From Schmidtea polychroa (lineage: Eukaryota): 64,000 bases of DNA. Under the pieces are notes generated by a model. It searched no databases. It saw only the letters and a program-made list of their open reading frames with translations, and was not told the origin of the DNA. The position numbers and the translations under genes are program-made. The DNA lies in contig CM097885.1 in assembly GCA_044892525.1 (NCBI GenBank), positions 139,500,001 to 139,564,000 of the forward strand. The letters run 5' to 3'. Below, piece after piece: positions 1 through 12,554 of the stretch. The first letter of the stretch is position 1, and each line of letters opens with the position of its first letter.

Positions 1-15
1 GACCGAATACCGCGA

Positions 16-213
16 AAAAGCCCAGGCGTCTAGGAGTCGTAAAAGACTTCAAATTATGATTAAACCGGCCGGAAGCCGATGCCGACGCGGAGGTCTAACA
101 AACCAAAGCGTTGATGGGTAGTAGTGAAATATATGGCGTAATGGTGTAAAAGCCCAGGCGTCTAGGAGTCGTAAAAGACTTCATGAGATTAAAATGAGTT
201 GATTAAACCGGCC
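16..213. repeat. Imperfect direct duplication, period about 132 bp
   Basis: AAAAGCCCAGGCGTCTAGGAGTCGTAAAAGACTTCA occurs at 16-51 and 148-183, each followed by GATTAAACCGGCC. Confidence 0.85.
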
Positions 214-383
214 AGGGAGCCGATGGTAATTGAGTGAGTCTTTTCAGCTTTTTTCGGGTATCACGTCCCATCCGTTTGCACTTGGGTTTACTTGTCGGAG
301 CAGGGGGATAGATTTCAGTCAACTTAGTTGACAGCAGTCGAATTTGTTTTGTCTACGCCGTGACGATGACCCGCTGGTTGAGT

Positions 384-563
384 NNNNNNNNNNNNNNNNN
401 NNNNNNNNNNNNNNNNNNNNNNNNNNNNNNNNNNNNNNNNNNNNNNNNNNNNNNNNNNNNNNNNNNNNNNNNNNNNNNNNNNNNNNNNNNNNNNNNNNNN
501 NNNNNNNNNNNNNNNNNNNNNNNNNNNNNNNNNNNNNNNNNNNNNNNNNNNNNNNNNNNNNNN
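384..563. other. Assembly gap (N run)
   Basis: Run of N. ORF calls spanning it are artefacts. Confidence 1.
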
Positions 564-684
564 TTGAACTACTGGCTATTACCCTGATCATGATCATTAT
601 TCAACTTGGGGGGGAGGTCATTTGGTGAAATTCAATAATTTATAATTTTATAAATTTAATTTTCGATTTATACATATAAGCACC

Positions 685-1410
685 CTGGCCTTCTTCCGGC
701 AGTTTTCCATTCATCGCCTTCTTGGATAATCGTCGTAGTTCGCTTGCGTATAACGTTACTGATTCGTTTGCTCTTTGTTTCCTGCTTGCCAATTCTCCTA
801 AGGTCTGGTTGATGGGTTTGCTTGTTCCGAAAGTTGTTTTCAAATAGGTTTATATTTCTTCCCAATTGTCTAATTTTATGCCTCTTTCCTTGGCTTCTAA
901 GTATACTTCCAATGCACTGCCGTATAGGAACAACGGCATTCTCTTGTTTTTTGCTTCCGGTGTCCATCCGCACACCGTTATATATACTCCGAAATTCGTT
1001 ATAAAAGTTGCAAATTTATTTTCATTTCCATTAAATTGTTCACCTCGGAATTACTCTTTGTACTCTTCGTTTTTGGCAGTTACTGCATTATTGGTAGTCA
1101 TGGCTGGGCTTATATTTTTTCCGTCTCTTTTAAATTATCTAGCGACGTCGTTAAGCTGTTTTCGGATAGTTCTTCCGTTGATGTAGTCAAACTATTTGTT
1201 ACTTTTGTTGTATTATCTTTACTCCAAGAGCGGTTTAATGTGTATTCTACTACTGTGTTTTCTTTATCTTCTAATTGAGTTTTTCGTTGGATAGTCCACT
1301 TTTTCTATGTTATGTTGACCGTGCTCTTTTAAGTTTCTCGAGTTGATTTGTAGTTAGTAATGCGTCGGATTGATTAAATGATGATCTAAGCGTTCTTGGG
1401 GTATCCGTGA
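685..1410 (-). pseudogene. gag: gag N-terminal/capsid remnant of element C
   Basis: Translates with stops to NEEYKE*FRGEQFNGNENKFATFITNFGVYITVCGWTPEA...SKPINQTLGELASRKQRANESVTLYASELRRLSKKAMNGKLPEE, nearly identical to Gag of element A. Homology stops near 685. Confidence 0.9.
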
Positions 1411-2523
1411 TTCCTTTTCTATTTTCTGGTTTTCTGATTCCTCTGTTCGTTTTGATTTCTTTGTTGAATCTTCCTTGGTTCTACTTCTAATTGAGCGGGT
1501 TCTGAAATAAGTTTTCCTAGTTGTCTCTTGAATTGTCTCTGAATTGTCTGGCTTTTTCGAGTTCCTTCTGTGCTGGTTTTGTATTGGCTTTGGATGGGAT
1601 TGAAATCTACAATGTAAAAATATATCGTGTTGCCCATACTGACACGAATCAATCGTTCTTTTTCCAATCAAACACAGACACCTTTTAGGGTCCTTGTTTA
1701 TTTTTTCCCTGTCCTTCTTCATCATTCAGTCTTGCGGGCTATAATTAACCATAATCCCGAATTTTTCGTCGATTTTAAATTATCTATAAGGTGGAGTAAC
1801 AATTATCTATATGGTCGTATCAATCATCTATTATTATCATTTATAATATCGATAGATCGTTATCGGTCACTGCTTATTACCCTCTTTATTTACTTATTAT
1901 GCCTATTTTACTTAATTTTACCTATCCTTTAGTTTCTACTTTTGAAACTTTAATTATTGCCCTTTTAATTGGTTCTACTTTGAACCTCAAAAATTAATCG
2001 TAATTTGGTTTCCATCTTTGATACCTGAAAAAAATTGTTCCAGCTTTGTGGAGCTTTATCCGGTTAAAGTTTTCGTTTCCCTTTTTTTATGTAATCCTCA
2101 TCGTGTTTCTTTACTTATTTATTTTTCATCTACCTTTTACTCTTATTGTCTTACAATTGGTGGGTTACTGGTGGTTGAATGTTTAAGTGCTGTTACCAGC
2201 GTAACCCAGAATACAACATGGTTTTCCTCTTGGTACCCGTTGAGCAATCAACGTTGGTTCTGTACCAAGGGGTTGAGTACTCGCAAAAAGTGAGCGCGTC
2301 AAGCACTATAATTGTCGAGCACTCTATGGGTTCACGGACGCCGATAGAAGGCACGTGTCCGATTTGTTTCGGTCCCTCATCGAGATTGTTTCCCCAAACG
2401 CCTTTTTACCAATCATCTTGTTTTGGACAACAGCAAAGTTCAATCTCATACTCATTAGATAACGGATCATTTATTTAATCACTACAAAATGACAAGGTTT
2501 GTTTACGCACTCTCGAACGTCTC

Positions 2524-3009
2524 TCAGGATTGTGGATGGGCTTCCATTTCTTTCAATTTCTCCTGTTCGGCTAGCCAGGCCCTCTTCAATTTGTCACGGG
2601 TATTCCGCCCTAGCCGTTTGCGTTTCGGCTTGCTTGCCTGGGCTGGTGGGTATATCTGGGCCAACTCCACGGAAAGTGGACGAATCTGCTCGCAAAGGGT
2701 ATCCTGGACAAATCTTTCGTTCCATTTACCCTCGAGCGAGCGCACTTGTAGCTTCAGCGCTCGGATCTCGAGTTGATCTTGCTCCGCCTGGGTCTGGAGT
2801 TGTGATATGCGCGTAGTTTGTTTTTTCATGTCGGCCGGACTGAACCACGTACTTTCGAGTTCTCGGCACTTGATCTTGAGTTTCTCGACCCGACTTCGAA
2901 GTTCTTCGGCTTGATGTTGGGCCTGTTCACGGTCCTTTCGTAGGTTTTCGAGGAATTTGTACACTAAATGGAGGAAAAATGAAGCTCTACAACTGGTCTC
3001 CATATGCAT
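2524..3009 (-). CDS. LTR-encoded coiled-coil protein, family B (true 5' end probably spliced at acceptor 2964)
   Basis: ELESTWFSPADMK and SKPKRKRLGRNTRDKLKR match the LTR ORFs of A and C. A polypyrimidine tract plus TAG acceptor ends at 2964. Confidence 0.65.
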   Translation of the reverse strand: MHMETSCRASFFLHLVYKFLENLRKDREQAQHQAEELRSRVEKLKIKCRELESTWFSPADMKKQTTRISQLQTQAEQDQLEIRALKLQVRSLEGKWNERFVQDTLCEQIRPLSVELAQIYPPAQASKPKRKRLGRNTRDKLKRAWLAEQEKLKEMEAHPQS

Positions 3010-3280
3010 AAAAGCGATACAATTAACTATATAGAATTAACAGATGAAGGATAGGGAGGGTCGTCCTGTCCCTGGGGGTACCCCATACGCAATATGACTT
3101 ATATGCAATGTCCAAAAGATGATCTATAGTACGACAAATGTGCACGATGAACAATCACATAAACGTTTTAATAATAAAACAAATTTTACAAATTGTCCTA
3201 ATCACTACAAGAACCAAAAAAAAATCCGGCACAACATAATATCACTAATTATATCACTCCGCATTGTCACTCCCGGTGAG

Positions 3281-3649
3281 CTAGACCGGGTTCTTGCGGG
3301 GCCTTCCTCGTTTTCGTGGAGGGGCAACTGCCCCCTCCAGCTCCTCTGGGGTTTTCCCTTCTGCTTCGGCTCTGATCTGGAGTTCTATCCTCCTCAGCCG
3401 CATCTGGGCCGCTTCCAACTCGATCAATGCCCGATCGCGGGCCTCCTGTAACAAGTCATTGTCCGATTCCACCTTCACCCATGCCTGGGCATCGGGTTCT
3501 GGGCCGGTCCGGATAATCCGATTGGAACAGTCCAGGTCCCGCCCCTGACACCATCGATGAATATGGTGCCAGATGTACCGCGTGCGAAGGCGGGTGATTG
3601 TCCATGGTTCGTCCTCTTCGCTGCTGAGGTTATCGTTTGGTGGTGCCAT
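3281..3649 (-). CDS. 122-aa protein with acidic N-terminus, coiled coil and C-terminal AT-hook, inside LTR B
   Basis: GC-rich intact ATG-initiated ORF in an AT-rich context. RKRGRPRK is an AT-hook core. Confidence 0.55.
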   Translation of the reverse strand: MAPPNDNLSSEEDEPWTITRLRTRYIWHHIHRWCQGRDLDCSNRIIRTGPEPDAQAWVKVESDNDLLQEARDRALIELEAAQMRLRRIELQIRAEAEGKTPEELEGAVAPPRKRGRPRKNPV

Positions 3650-3769
3650 GCCTGGAATGTAAACGTTAATACCCGTTTAACTCGCGTCACTTATTAATGG
3701 TCGTCATAATAAAATACATCGAATTAACTCACATATCAATGACTAAGTTTATTACGATTGTCATAACTA

Positions 3770-4012
3770 CTTTTATCAAAGAAAAAATAAGTTTTATTTA
3801 TAGGTTTTCCCAATTTGATTATTAACTACTTAAAATTACCTGGCTGTTATCCAAAGAAAATAAGTTTGGTTCATAGGTTTTACCAATTTAATTTTTAACT
3901 ACTTAAAATTAAATAACTTTAATAAAAGAAAATTTAAAGTTGGTGTATAGGTTTTACCAATTTAATTTTTAACTACTTAAAATTAAATAACTTTTATCCA
4001 AATTTAAGCATT
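3770..4012. repeat. Three tandem units of about 73-74 bp in LTR B
   Basis: ATAGGTTTT(C/A)CCAATTT...TTAACTACTTAAAATTA starts at 3800, 3873 and 3947. Confidence 0.85.
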
Positions 4013-5379
4013 TACAATTATTATCGTCACCCTGATTTAAGGCCTTTTGTTTTATCACAGCAATCGTTGTTTAATTAGCTAAAATCATGGCCGCTTTATG
4101 AGAATTTAAATGAGTTGTCCCCCCGGATCTTTTAAAGGTGATGCAAGTCGTTACAGCAGGGTTGTAGAAACAGGCAATTGGTAATTCTTTGTATAATTTT
4201 TAGTTTTTCTTTTAAAATTTGTTAATACAGGCATCAAGCTAGAGAATCAGGACCCAAAGACTTTGATTTTAATACTGTCGAACAGAGATTACTTCACTCA
4301 TCAACATATAAATACTTAGGAGGATTGCCTGATGTAAATTTATTATCATTTTTAAATATTAAACTATGAATTTTAGAAAACATCATCAAGTACTTATCAA
4401 GAATTTTGTCAGCGAAAGAAAATTAATCATTTGGAACTTGACAACGGAATGCCGATGTTTTCTGTTGAAGCTATTGATAGTCCTCTTTTTGATGCCAATT
4501 ATAATGATGATGGATTTCCAAGACATCGCTTTGGATTTGATAGACAACAAATGGAAACAACCTATGGAGTTGAATATGCTTATCCTTATCCTTTTCAACA
4601 TGTCGAAATTAAAATAATATTTTGTCCTTGACATTCAAGAAAATTTATTGTTAGACCAAAGGTCCAGATTTAAATAAATCGAATAAAAGGTGTTTGTCTC
4701 AATTTTCGGATCCAGGTGAATTTAGCCGTCCAGGAAATAACACATGTGGGATGAATCATGAATGTATGCCAATTCCCATTTGCAGCGTCAAGAATGTCTT
4801 ACTGATAATCTATACGGGCCTTTTGTTCAAGAGTAAAACAATATTCGTCTTGTTATAACTATTCCATAAAATGGACGTACAGTCGTATTAAATTTTTGAG
4901 TAATAATTTATAAAATGACGAGTAATGGGTGTTTTGATTGAAACATTAATGTTAGGGTAGTAAATTTCAATCATGATTTATTTATCGTACTTTTACTTAG
5001 GTATTTCATTGACAAGAATGCTGAATTAATTTACACTCTGTCAGTTTGATTTGTACGAATAAGAAATAATAACATGTCATTTTGTGCTACGATATCATTG
5101 TTGTGTAACGGTTTGTAATTGGGTAAATCATAATGTTATTTGAGCTCTTGGCAGCTATTGGGGGTAACGTTGGTAATGTGACATGAGCGGGTGGCTGTCA
5201 GTTAACGACTACCGTTAGGAGGGTCTGTTCTATTTAACTCCTTTTATAGCCTCTTTCTCATTGCTATCCAAGCATATTGTTATATAAAAACCCTAATTTC
5301 TAATTTAAATAACTAAATATATAAATGATTTATAAAATTCTATTATATTTTCTACCCTATATTTTAAACTAGATTCCAT

Positions 5380-6370
5380 AATCTATTAAAGTTACACTTC
5401 AGGTATTTATAACTTACACATTTAATCAAAGTATAGTTTATAATAAATTATATATTTAAGTGAAAGGGCATAATTCTACTTTATAATCTAGGTTTTTATA
5501 AATGATACATTGAGGTATTATGGAATTCTAATTTATAACTCCGACATTTATAAGTTATATTCTTTATATAAAATTTTAGTTTCTGGTTTAGATATGTGTG
5601 TATTTAAGTGGATTATAAAATTCTAGCTCATAATTCAGAACTATTATACATTCACACATTATGTTCTTGGAGATGCATCTTGTACTTTAACGTTTATGGA
5701 TTGTAAATAAGGTTATTTTTTATCATTACGTAATAATACATTGCATTTTTAAGGCTAATACAAAGGTATATATTATAATTCAATGTTCATAGCTTACGCT
5801 TTAGGTATAATATAACGGTATATTTACCCTTTGGGATTATTATATCTTTATATATTATATATTCAATAAGACCTAAAGTTCAGTTTTATTATGAAATACT
5901 TACAAGTTATGTTTTCGAGAACAATATAAAGTTAGATTTCATCATTTAATATTTATAAATTATATTTTTAAGTGCGATATCAAATTACTTTTTATACTTT
6001 AGGAGTATTACATAGTTATACATTATATTTTTAAGTTCGATATAAAATTATTTTCTATTCTGTAGGAGTATTACATATTTACAAATTACAATATCAAATT
6101 ATTTTATAATTTTAGAGATAGTACATATTTATGAATTATATTTTTAAAAACAATATGAAGTAAAATGTTATAAATTAGGATTTTACACATTCATCAATTA
6201 TACGATATAAACTTATCTTGATAATTTAGAGGTATTACATATTTATCAAATATAATTCTAAGTACAGTAGTAAGTTATAGTTTACCATTTAGGAATTCTA
6301 AGTATCTAGCGATTCTAACATATATTCTATAGTTTAGGAATATCATATATTTATAGTCTGATATTTAAGT
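5380..6370. repeat. Degenerate AT-rich minisatellite (units of about 55-65 bp) in LTR B
   Basis: Recurring TTTAGGAGTATTACATATTTAT and TATATTTTAAGTG-like motifs. Unit boundaries were not resolved by eye. Confidence 0.55.
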
Positions 6371-8057
6371 GTAACAGGAGAGTATATAGTTCATTTTACG
6401 ATTCACGCTTGTCGAACTTCTTTGTGAGCATTATTACGGTTAATTTCGGGAAAGATATTTACACTGATACGAAAAATTATTTCTCAATGAGGTCCGACAA
6501 ACGTGTAAGTGGAGAGGTCTTAACCGACTACATTAACCGAATTGTAATTGCTGTGTTCAATTTGGGTCTGAGATCTACTCGATTAGAATTCTAGTGTAAT
6601 TTAGTGTATAGAATTTTTAGTGGTGATTTTAATTGTGTAATGCATTCATAGTCGGGAAGAATGCTTGCTTACACGGCCCCACTGTGACCGCTACGACAAG
6701 CCCTACTGTTGTGTTGAGTCGAAACATCACTGTCGACCGATAAATAAAGTATATGGAGCCATAGCGGAGGGGTTTTATCGACACAACTCCAAGGTAGAAA
6801 CATGAAGTGGCCGACCTCCGATGACCAAATAGAAAAAAATATATAAGGTATATTGCATGTCTGCATGTGCTATAGATTTTACTAATTGATCGAATGTAGG
6901 ACTGATCAGAGACGCATATGTATCAATACGCCGCCGATCCTTCTTACATGAGATAAAAATGATAAGCATGGTTTGATCTAAGCATAATTAATATTAACAA
7001 TAACGATCAAAGTTAAGTTAAAATAAAAAAAATAAATAATATCATTATACATCAAAATTCAAATAACAACTACTCACTATCTTCAAGTTTTCGCAAAAAA
7101 GAATTTGGCATAAAAAGTGATTCTTGTGACTGAAACGTGTCAGTATATATACCTATTTTGTACACGTGTATGTATTGATGCATTAAAACAAACTCGAATT
7201 CTTTTTATTCCAGAATTTTCTATTTTACGATTTTGCTATTTTTAATGGCGATTTTTGTGCCATAATTTTTGTTTTTATTTTTATATTTTTATTTTTTAAT
7301 TATTTTTTGTTAATTTGACGTCCATGATGGATTTGGAACGGTTCCAGAACATTCTATTTTACTTTTAATTTAATTTTTATTTTAACTGATGTTTTTATGA
7401 ATTTCTTTTTGAGATTTTTTATTTTTAATACTAATTTATTTATTTTCCTTAACTTTTGTTGTTCTAGATGACTTTTGTGATGGTCATCGCCATTTTATAG
7501 AATGTTCTGGGTTTTTCTGGAATGTTTTACTATTTTTATCGTCTTTTAAGTTATTCGAGTTTGCTTTTGGTAATTCTATGTTTGTTTGGTTATTTTTGAG
7601 TTAGATTTTTGCATCACTTCTTGCTTCTGTATAATTTTATTTAATTTCTTTGTTTATGTTTTTGTTGCTTTCTCCTTTAGTTAATATTGTTTATTTGGTG
7701 TAGGTTTTAATATTTAACTATACTTTTTGCTTTTTACATGTTGTGTACCTGCACGTTTCAGTCACAATTAGTAGTTTGGGTCTAGAAATCAGTTCTAGCC
7801 CAACACAATTTTAATTCTATTTTCCTCTTTCTTTCTTAAATTGGATTACCTCCTTATTATTCTATCTCGAGCTCGTTAAATCCCGTTGACTGGCGTTCTC
7901 CACCTTATCGTGTTGGGTGATGCTCCCTCTACCTCAATAATTCATTTTCCCTAGCTAGTTTTATCTTATTTATTTATATCTATTTCTATCTCGGTTTTAA
8001 CTACTGGGCCTTTGTGGTTGGCGGTGTTTTCCCTCACTCAACCTTTATTAAAATCCA

Positions 8058-8145
8058 TGACTGGCCAGCGCTTTCCCAAACTCAGTCTTTATAAATTTTC
8101 CTGACTGGCCGGCGCTTTCCCAAACTCAGTCTTTATAAATTTTCC
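8058..8145 (-). repeat. Two 44-bp tandem units in the C leader, each with an A-bulged hairpin
   Basis: TGACTGGCC(A/G)GCGCTTTCCCAAACTCAGTCTTTATAAATTTTCC twice. On the minus strand GACTG-A-G...C-CAGTC pairs. Confidence 0.85.
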
Positions 8146-8302
8146 ATTTATGGTTTATCTTTTCCTATTATTTCTACTGTCCTAGGCTCCTATTTCTGTT
8201 ATTTTACTCCGTTTATTGTGCATTTTATTATTAAATTCGTCGACTTGTTATTTTCCGCTTGAAATCGTTTCTCCTTTCCCCCCTTGCTCAAAACGCAAAA
8301 CG

Positions 8303-8372
8303 ATCACATTGATCCATTTCTGCATTGGCATGGTAATCAGTCATACCGCAGAAACTTCTCAATATTTGCGAT
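8303..8372 (-). ncRNA. Conserved leader stem-loop of element C (candidate dimerization/packaging cis-RNA)
   Basis: Homologous to 40182-40251 with compensatory base changes. Confidence 0.6.
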
Positions 8373-8590
8373 AGTACCTAATCTTACATTCCTTACCCGG
8401 GTTGATCTGTTATCCCCTCCCAATGTAGACAGTCTACATAATTATACGCATACTCATATATTTATTAAAAACATGCAACACTAATTCCTCCTCTGAATCA
8501 TTTTATAATACACGATCACTTTACAATTACACTGATTTATCGCTACTTTTATCTGCTCAGTAATTACTTGATTGTCATTTTTAGTCGTTT

Positions 8591-8870
8591 TTAATCATAA
8601 TACACTACATGCGTCTCTTTTATTTCGCATTGACATACTGAGCAGTTTTCAGATTTAGAATGCATCTTTCACAGTGACTGAGATGTCCATATGGCAAAAT
8701 CAAGAGTGGGTGTTGATATTAACTGCTAGTTATCGCGTTGTTGTTGTTCGATGATTTCAATTTGTGCGAGCTTTTCTGTTAACGTAATTATGGAATCATT
8801 TTCGATATCGACGAATTTGATAATTCTTTTCAAATGCTCTTGTGCTTCTGACATGGCTATTATTCAAATA
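8591..8870 (-). pseudogene. Decayed IAP-type RING ORF of element C
   Basis: Fragments IIKFVDIENDSIITLTEK and LPYGHLSHCERCILNLK/CSVCQCEIKETHVVYYD* align to ORF 40595-41131. Contains a frameshift and a deletion. Confidence 0.8.
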
Positions 8871-9499
8871 ATTTATTTTATTGTTATTTATTTATATTGT
8901 TAATAGAGTCGTTTTTATTATTATTAAATCATTATAATTGATTAAAAAATTTATTTTTGTTCTCATTATCATTCTTATTTTATTATTATTATTATCCTAT
9001 CGTTATTGAGTCGTCATCATTGCTTAACCCTACACTGCATGACTTTTTTATAAGTACTTTGTACACTTTCACTTAAACTGTAAGACGTTTTAAAAATTGA
9101 TTTGGTAATACAAAACTATTGAGAATTACATTACGGTTTTTTTGTATTATATTGCAAATATAGCCAATACAATGTAATATGAGAGAACATTTACCGAGAA
9201 CAAGAGCGAGACAGTTTTTATTCTAATAAGATAATTGTGTATCACCAGTGATACAATATGCAGTGTAGGGTTAAGAAAGTTTATGTCTTTGTTTCTCATT
9301 ACCATTTTAGTTTTATTATTATTATTATTATTATTTATGAATTTGTGAGTCTCTTTTCCCCCCTTTTATCGTATAATAAGCTATCTTAATTGGCCATTCT
9401 TTATTGGCTATTATTCACATTTAACGAATTTCATATTATTATTATGGTTCTCATTTTCCCAATTTCGACAAACTGTAACAATGAATACAAATCGAATCA

Positions 9500-9517
9500 A
9501 TCCCGACTGAGCCCCCA
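9500..9517 (-). promoter_or_regulatory. Primer-binding site (tRNA-Pro-like) of element C
   Basis: Minus strand reads TGGGGGCTCAGTCGGGAT, versus the canonical tRNA-Pro PBS TGGGGGCTCGTCCGGGAT. It lies 7 nt from the LTR edge. Confidence 0.8.
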
Positions 9518-10137
9518 AAAATCATGTTGGCGCCCAGGGCTGTGTCATGCTCAAAATGGTAGTAGGGGTAACTTGTGGTTGACTCGTTCCCGACTCCTTC
9601 CTAGACAACAAGGTGATTGTTGTTTTGACTAATCATGTGCCCATGCGACGACCATGTTGGTACCTCACATAGTAGCTGAGGATCTATGAACAGATGAGCT
9701 TCTATGTAAAAAATAATCTTAATAGTTTCCTCATTTACGGGTTCTGGAATGCCGATAGAAAGGCTTACATCTTTGTGAACTTAAGATAAAAATTAATTGA
9801 AGAATTTTTTGGAAAACCCTGGTCCAAGGGATAACATCATTTCTCATTATTCGAATCAGATAACCAACAATCAAAATTATAGAAAACTATCCAAAACACT
9901 AATACATTTATTATTCATTCGTCAATCCTCACGCGCGACATATTTGTGAGTTTTACATTTCACTGGCACATGGTCTACGTCTATCATCATACTAGTCCAA
10001 TACTAGTCTCATACTAGTCCAATACTAGTCCAATCATACTAGAAAATCACAATATAAAGTGTCATCCCACAGCTAGGATAATTCCAGCGAGGCGTCTCCG
10101 TAGCCCAGACGCCATCACCAATTTCTTGCAGGAGATG

Positions 10138-10829
10138 TTAGACATCCACCTCTAATTGCGCATCATAGACAAAAGGACTGGCCTTTACTGGTACCATTCG
10201 GAACGCTGACGGTTGAGAGGGCACTGGTACTGGTATCATCGGCGTCATTACTGGAGGAATTGAGAATAAGACTGCTTCCGCAGCGGCACTCTCATCTCGC
10301 TTGCGTTTAAATTTTTCCGCTCGCGTCAAGCGTTTCCTCTTCGGGCGAGAATTTGCACTGACCGTGACGGGTGGATCATTTGTCGCTCGAGGAACGATTG
10401 GGGAGGTAGCGACTTAGTGGGAGCCACACTGGTGCCGACGTATAGAACATCAGGAGAGGGATGCTGAGGTTTAGGAGTGAACAGCAGGTCGTCACACAGG
10501 CGGTGCGCTGGAAAGACATTGTTGTTATCGAAGACCGGACATTCAGAAATCCGTTTTTTGAGTTCGGACTCCGTGTATATCAGATGGAATGTTTCTGATT
10601 GCGACTTGATAGTGAGGCGCAGGTTCCTGTTTTCCTCAAGAATACTATCCCTGCAGTGTTCGAGCCTCAAAAACTTTCTATTGGCTTCCTTCATATGCGC
10701 TGGGGTAAACCAAGTACCCTTCAGAAAATCTATTCTCTTTTTTAGGGATCCTATTTCTGCTTGTCCCTGTTTGATAGTGGCATTCTTGAACGCGCAAAAG
10801 AAGCACGGTTTGACGCTGGATTTTTGCAA
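10138..10829 (-). pseudogene. LTR-encoded coiled-coil protein of family C, frameshifted near 10327
   Basis: KPCFFC...LKGTWFTPAHMK...EHCRD...FPAH aligns to ORF 41974-42723. The next frame, LTRAEKFKRKR, matches LSRAERKKKQR. Confidence 0.75.
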
Positions 10830-12448
10830 GTTTGGTCCAGAAATTTTCTAGAATGAGGTAGTTTTAATCAAAGGTAAACTTATAACAACGTCGGTCAAGG
10901 AAATCGATCCGCTTGTAATCCATCCACATCGCACTTCATACATTCATTCAAACATTGCCTTTAAGGAGGGTAATTTACGGCGCTAGACCCGACTGAGGGA
11001 TGGCGATGAAAAATACTTCCCCTTTTCGTTTCAACTCTCGTTTTTCTATCCCCTTCATTGTCAAAAATCGTCAGGCTTGATTATTCTTATCATGAGAATT
11101 AAAATGTCATTATTATCGTATTAATATTAGCCGTGATTTCTACCAATGTCAAAAATTCTTTTAAATTCTATTTTATTACCACCCTACCTTAGTATAAATA
11201 GAATTTAGCTTATTACAAATAACGGAATTTCCAAATTTAACTTTATTTTTATTATTCATTAATATAAATAGTATTTTGATAAATCGAAATTTACTAAATT
11301 TAATTCTGTTCGTATCATGTATAAATTAATGGCATTTAGATCATTATTACTATCGAGATTTCCAACTTTGATTTTATCAGCTTCTGACATCAGTTCTACA
11401 AGTATCTTAATTATACTCGCGCTGGTAAGTTAACTCGTCGAATTGTCGTTGTCGCCGAATTTGTTTGGTATAGATGGATCATGTAGTATGAGGCAGTTAC
11501 AAGATTCTCGTCGACGGACGCTGAATTTTTTCGCTAGTCAATGATCATCCGATTCAACATCATAGTGTAACAGTGTGGTAAATTTGTCCTAAACACTTTA
11601 GTTCGATGATATACAAATAGAGAATGTGACTAAGTGTACGTGTCGATGTATTATGGAAACTACCCTTTGATCGATGCGGGCCTACTACTAGAAAATCGAT
11701 GCAAGTACGTCAAATATTTACTTGTTACATGCCGGTGTCTATTGTTCGTCGGACGTTATGTCGTAATAAAATCTATTCGTGGTGATGAAGAGAGAGCTTA
11801 CCTACTCTCGACAATTCTAGCTTGAAAATCACTCTAGCTGAGTCTACATTTTGAAGAAAGAATTCCTAGTTTGACACAGCAGTTCGAGCAAAAATTGCAT
11901 CTCTACGGCATTTTCTCCTAATTATTATTACTGTTGGGTTTCTAATGTAAGTCGGTATCACGGTCTGACTCCTTTGTGTTCTTTTTCGAAATCAAGATAA
12001 CCCAACAAAATAATTTTATTCAAGACCAATACAAGTACACTTTTTGTTTACACTCTTTATTGAACAATTACACTCTTTAATAACTCTTGATCTGCACTTT
12101 TCAATACTACAATAAATCTCACGTAGGGATAATCTTCCAAAGGGAGATGGCCCTTTCTGGTACGTTCGATTTTTAAATGGTTTAATTTCTTCTAACTTTA
12201 ATATTTCCTTTTCCAATCTCTTCAAACTTCTATTTTCTTTTCTTCGACCAACTGGCAATTATGTTTCTTTGCTGGTTCCTTTTATACTTGACCCGTCAAT
12301 TGATTTTAATTCGTCAAGCCCTTCGTATCCAATTTCCCGGGCTTCCTCCTATCTCTTTCTCTCATTATTCTAATTTAATTTTCGTCGGCCGATCTAATTT
12401 CCCCTTTGATCGACCATTTAGGCTCTCCCATGACGCTAGGGCTTTCTA

Positions 12449-12554
12449 TTATCTCGGGCTTCCCATTATCTCGGGTTTTTCATTATCTCGGATTTCCCAT
12501 TAGCTCGGGTTCTCCATTATCTCGGGTTTCCCATTAGCTCGGGCCTCCCATTAG
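12449..12554. repeat. Six tandem 17-bp units
   Basis: TTA(T/G)CTCGGG(C/T)TTCCCA-like unit repeated six times. A similar sequence occurs near 63270-63380. Confidence 0.9.

Larger units (their letters stand above)
2158..7805 (-). mobile_element. 5.6-kb solo LTR (family B) inserted in the leader of element C
   Basis: Starts TGGTG (one change from TGTTG) and ends GCCCAACA. Flanked by CAAT at 2154-2157 and 7806-7809. Contains the shared GCCGATAGAAGG motif, a minus-strand AATAAA at 2470-2475 and a homolog of the LTR ORF. Confidence 0.8.

Noticed and set aside
319-628. ORFs containing X runs (also 51942-52280 and 53677-54084)
   Set aside because: Artefacts of N gaps.
12016-12258. 80-aa Cys/Lys-rich ORF and an LTR end at CCCAACA 12007
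   Set aside because: No homolog in the other LTRs. An end at 12007 would give an LTR much shorter than its relatives, without the T-rich terminal tract.
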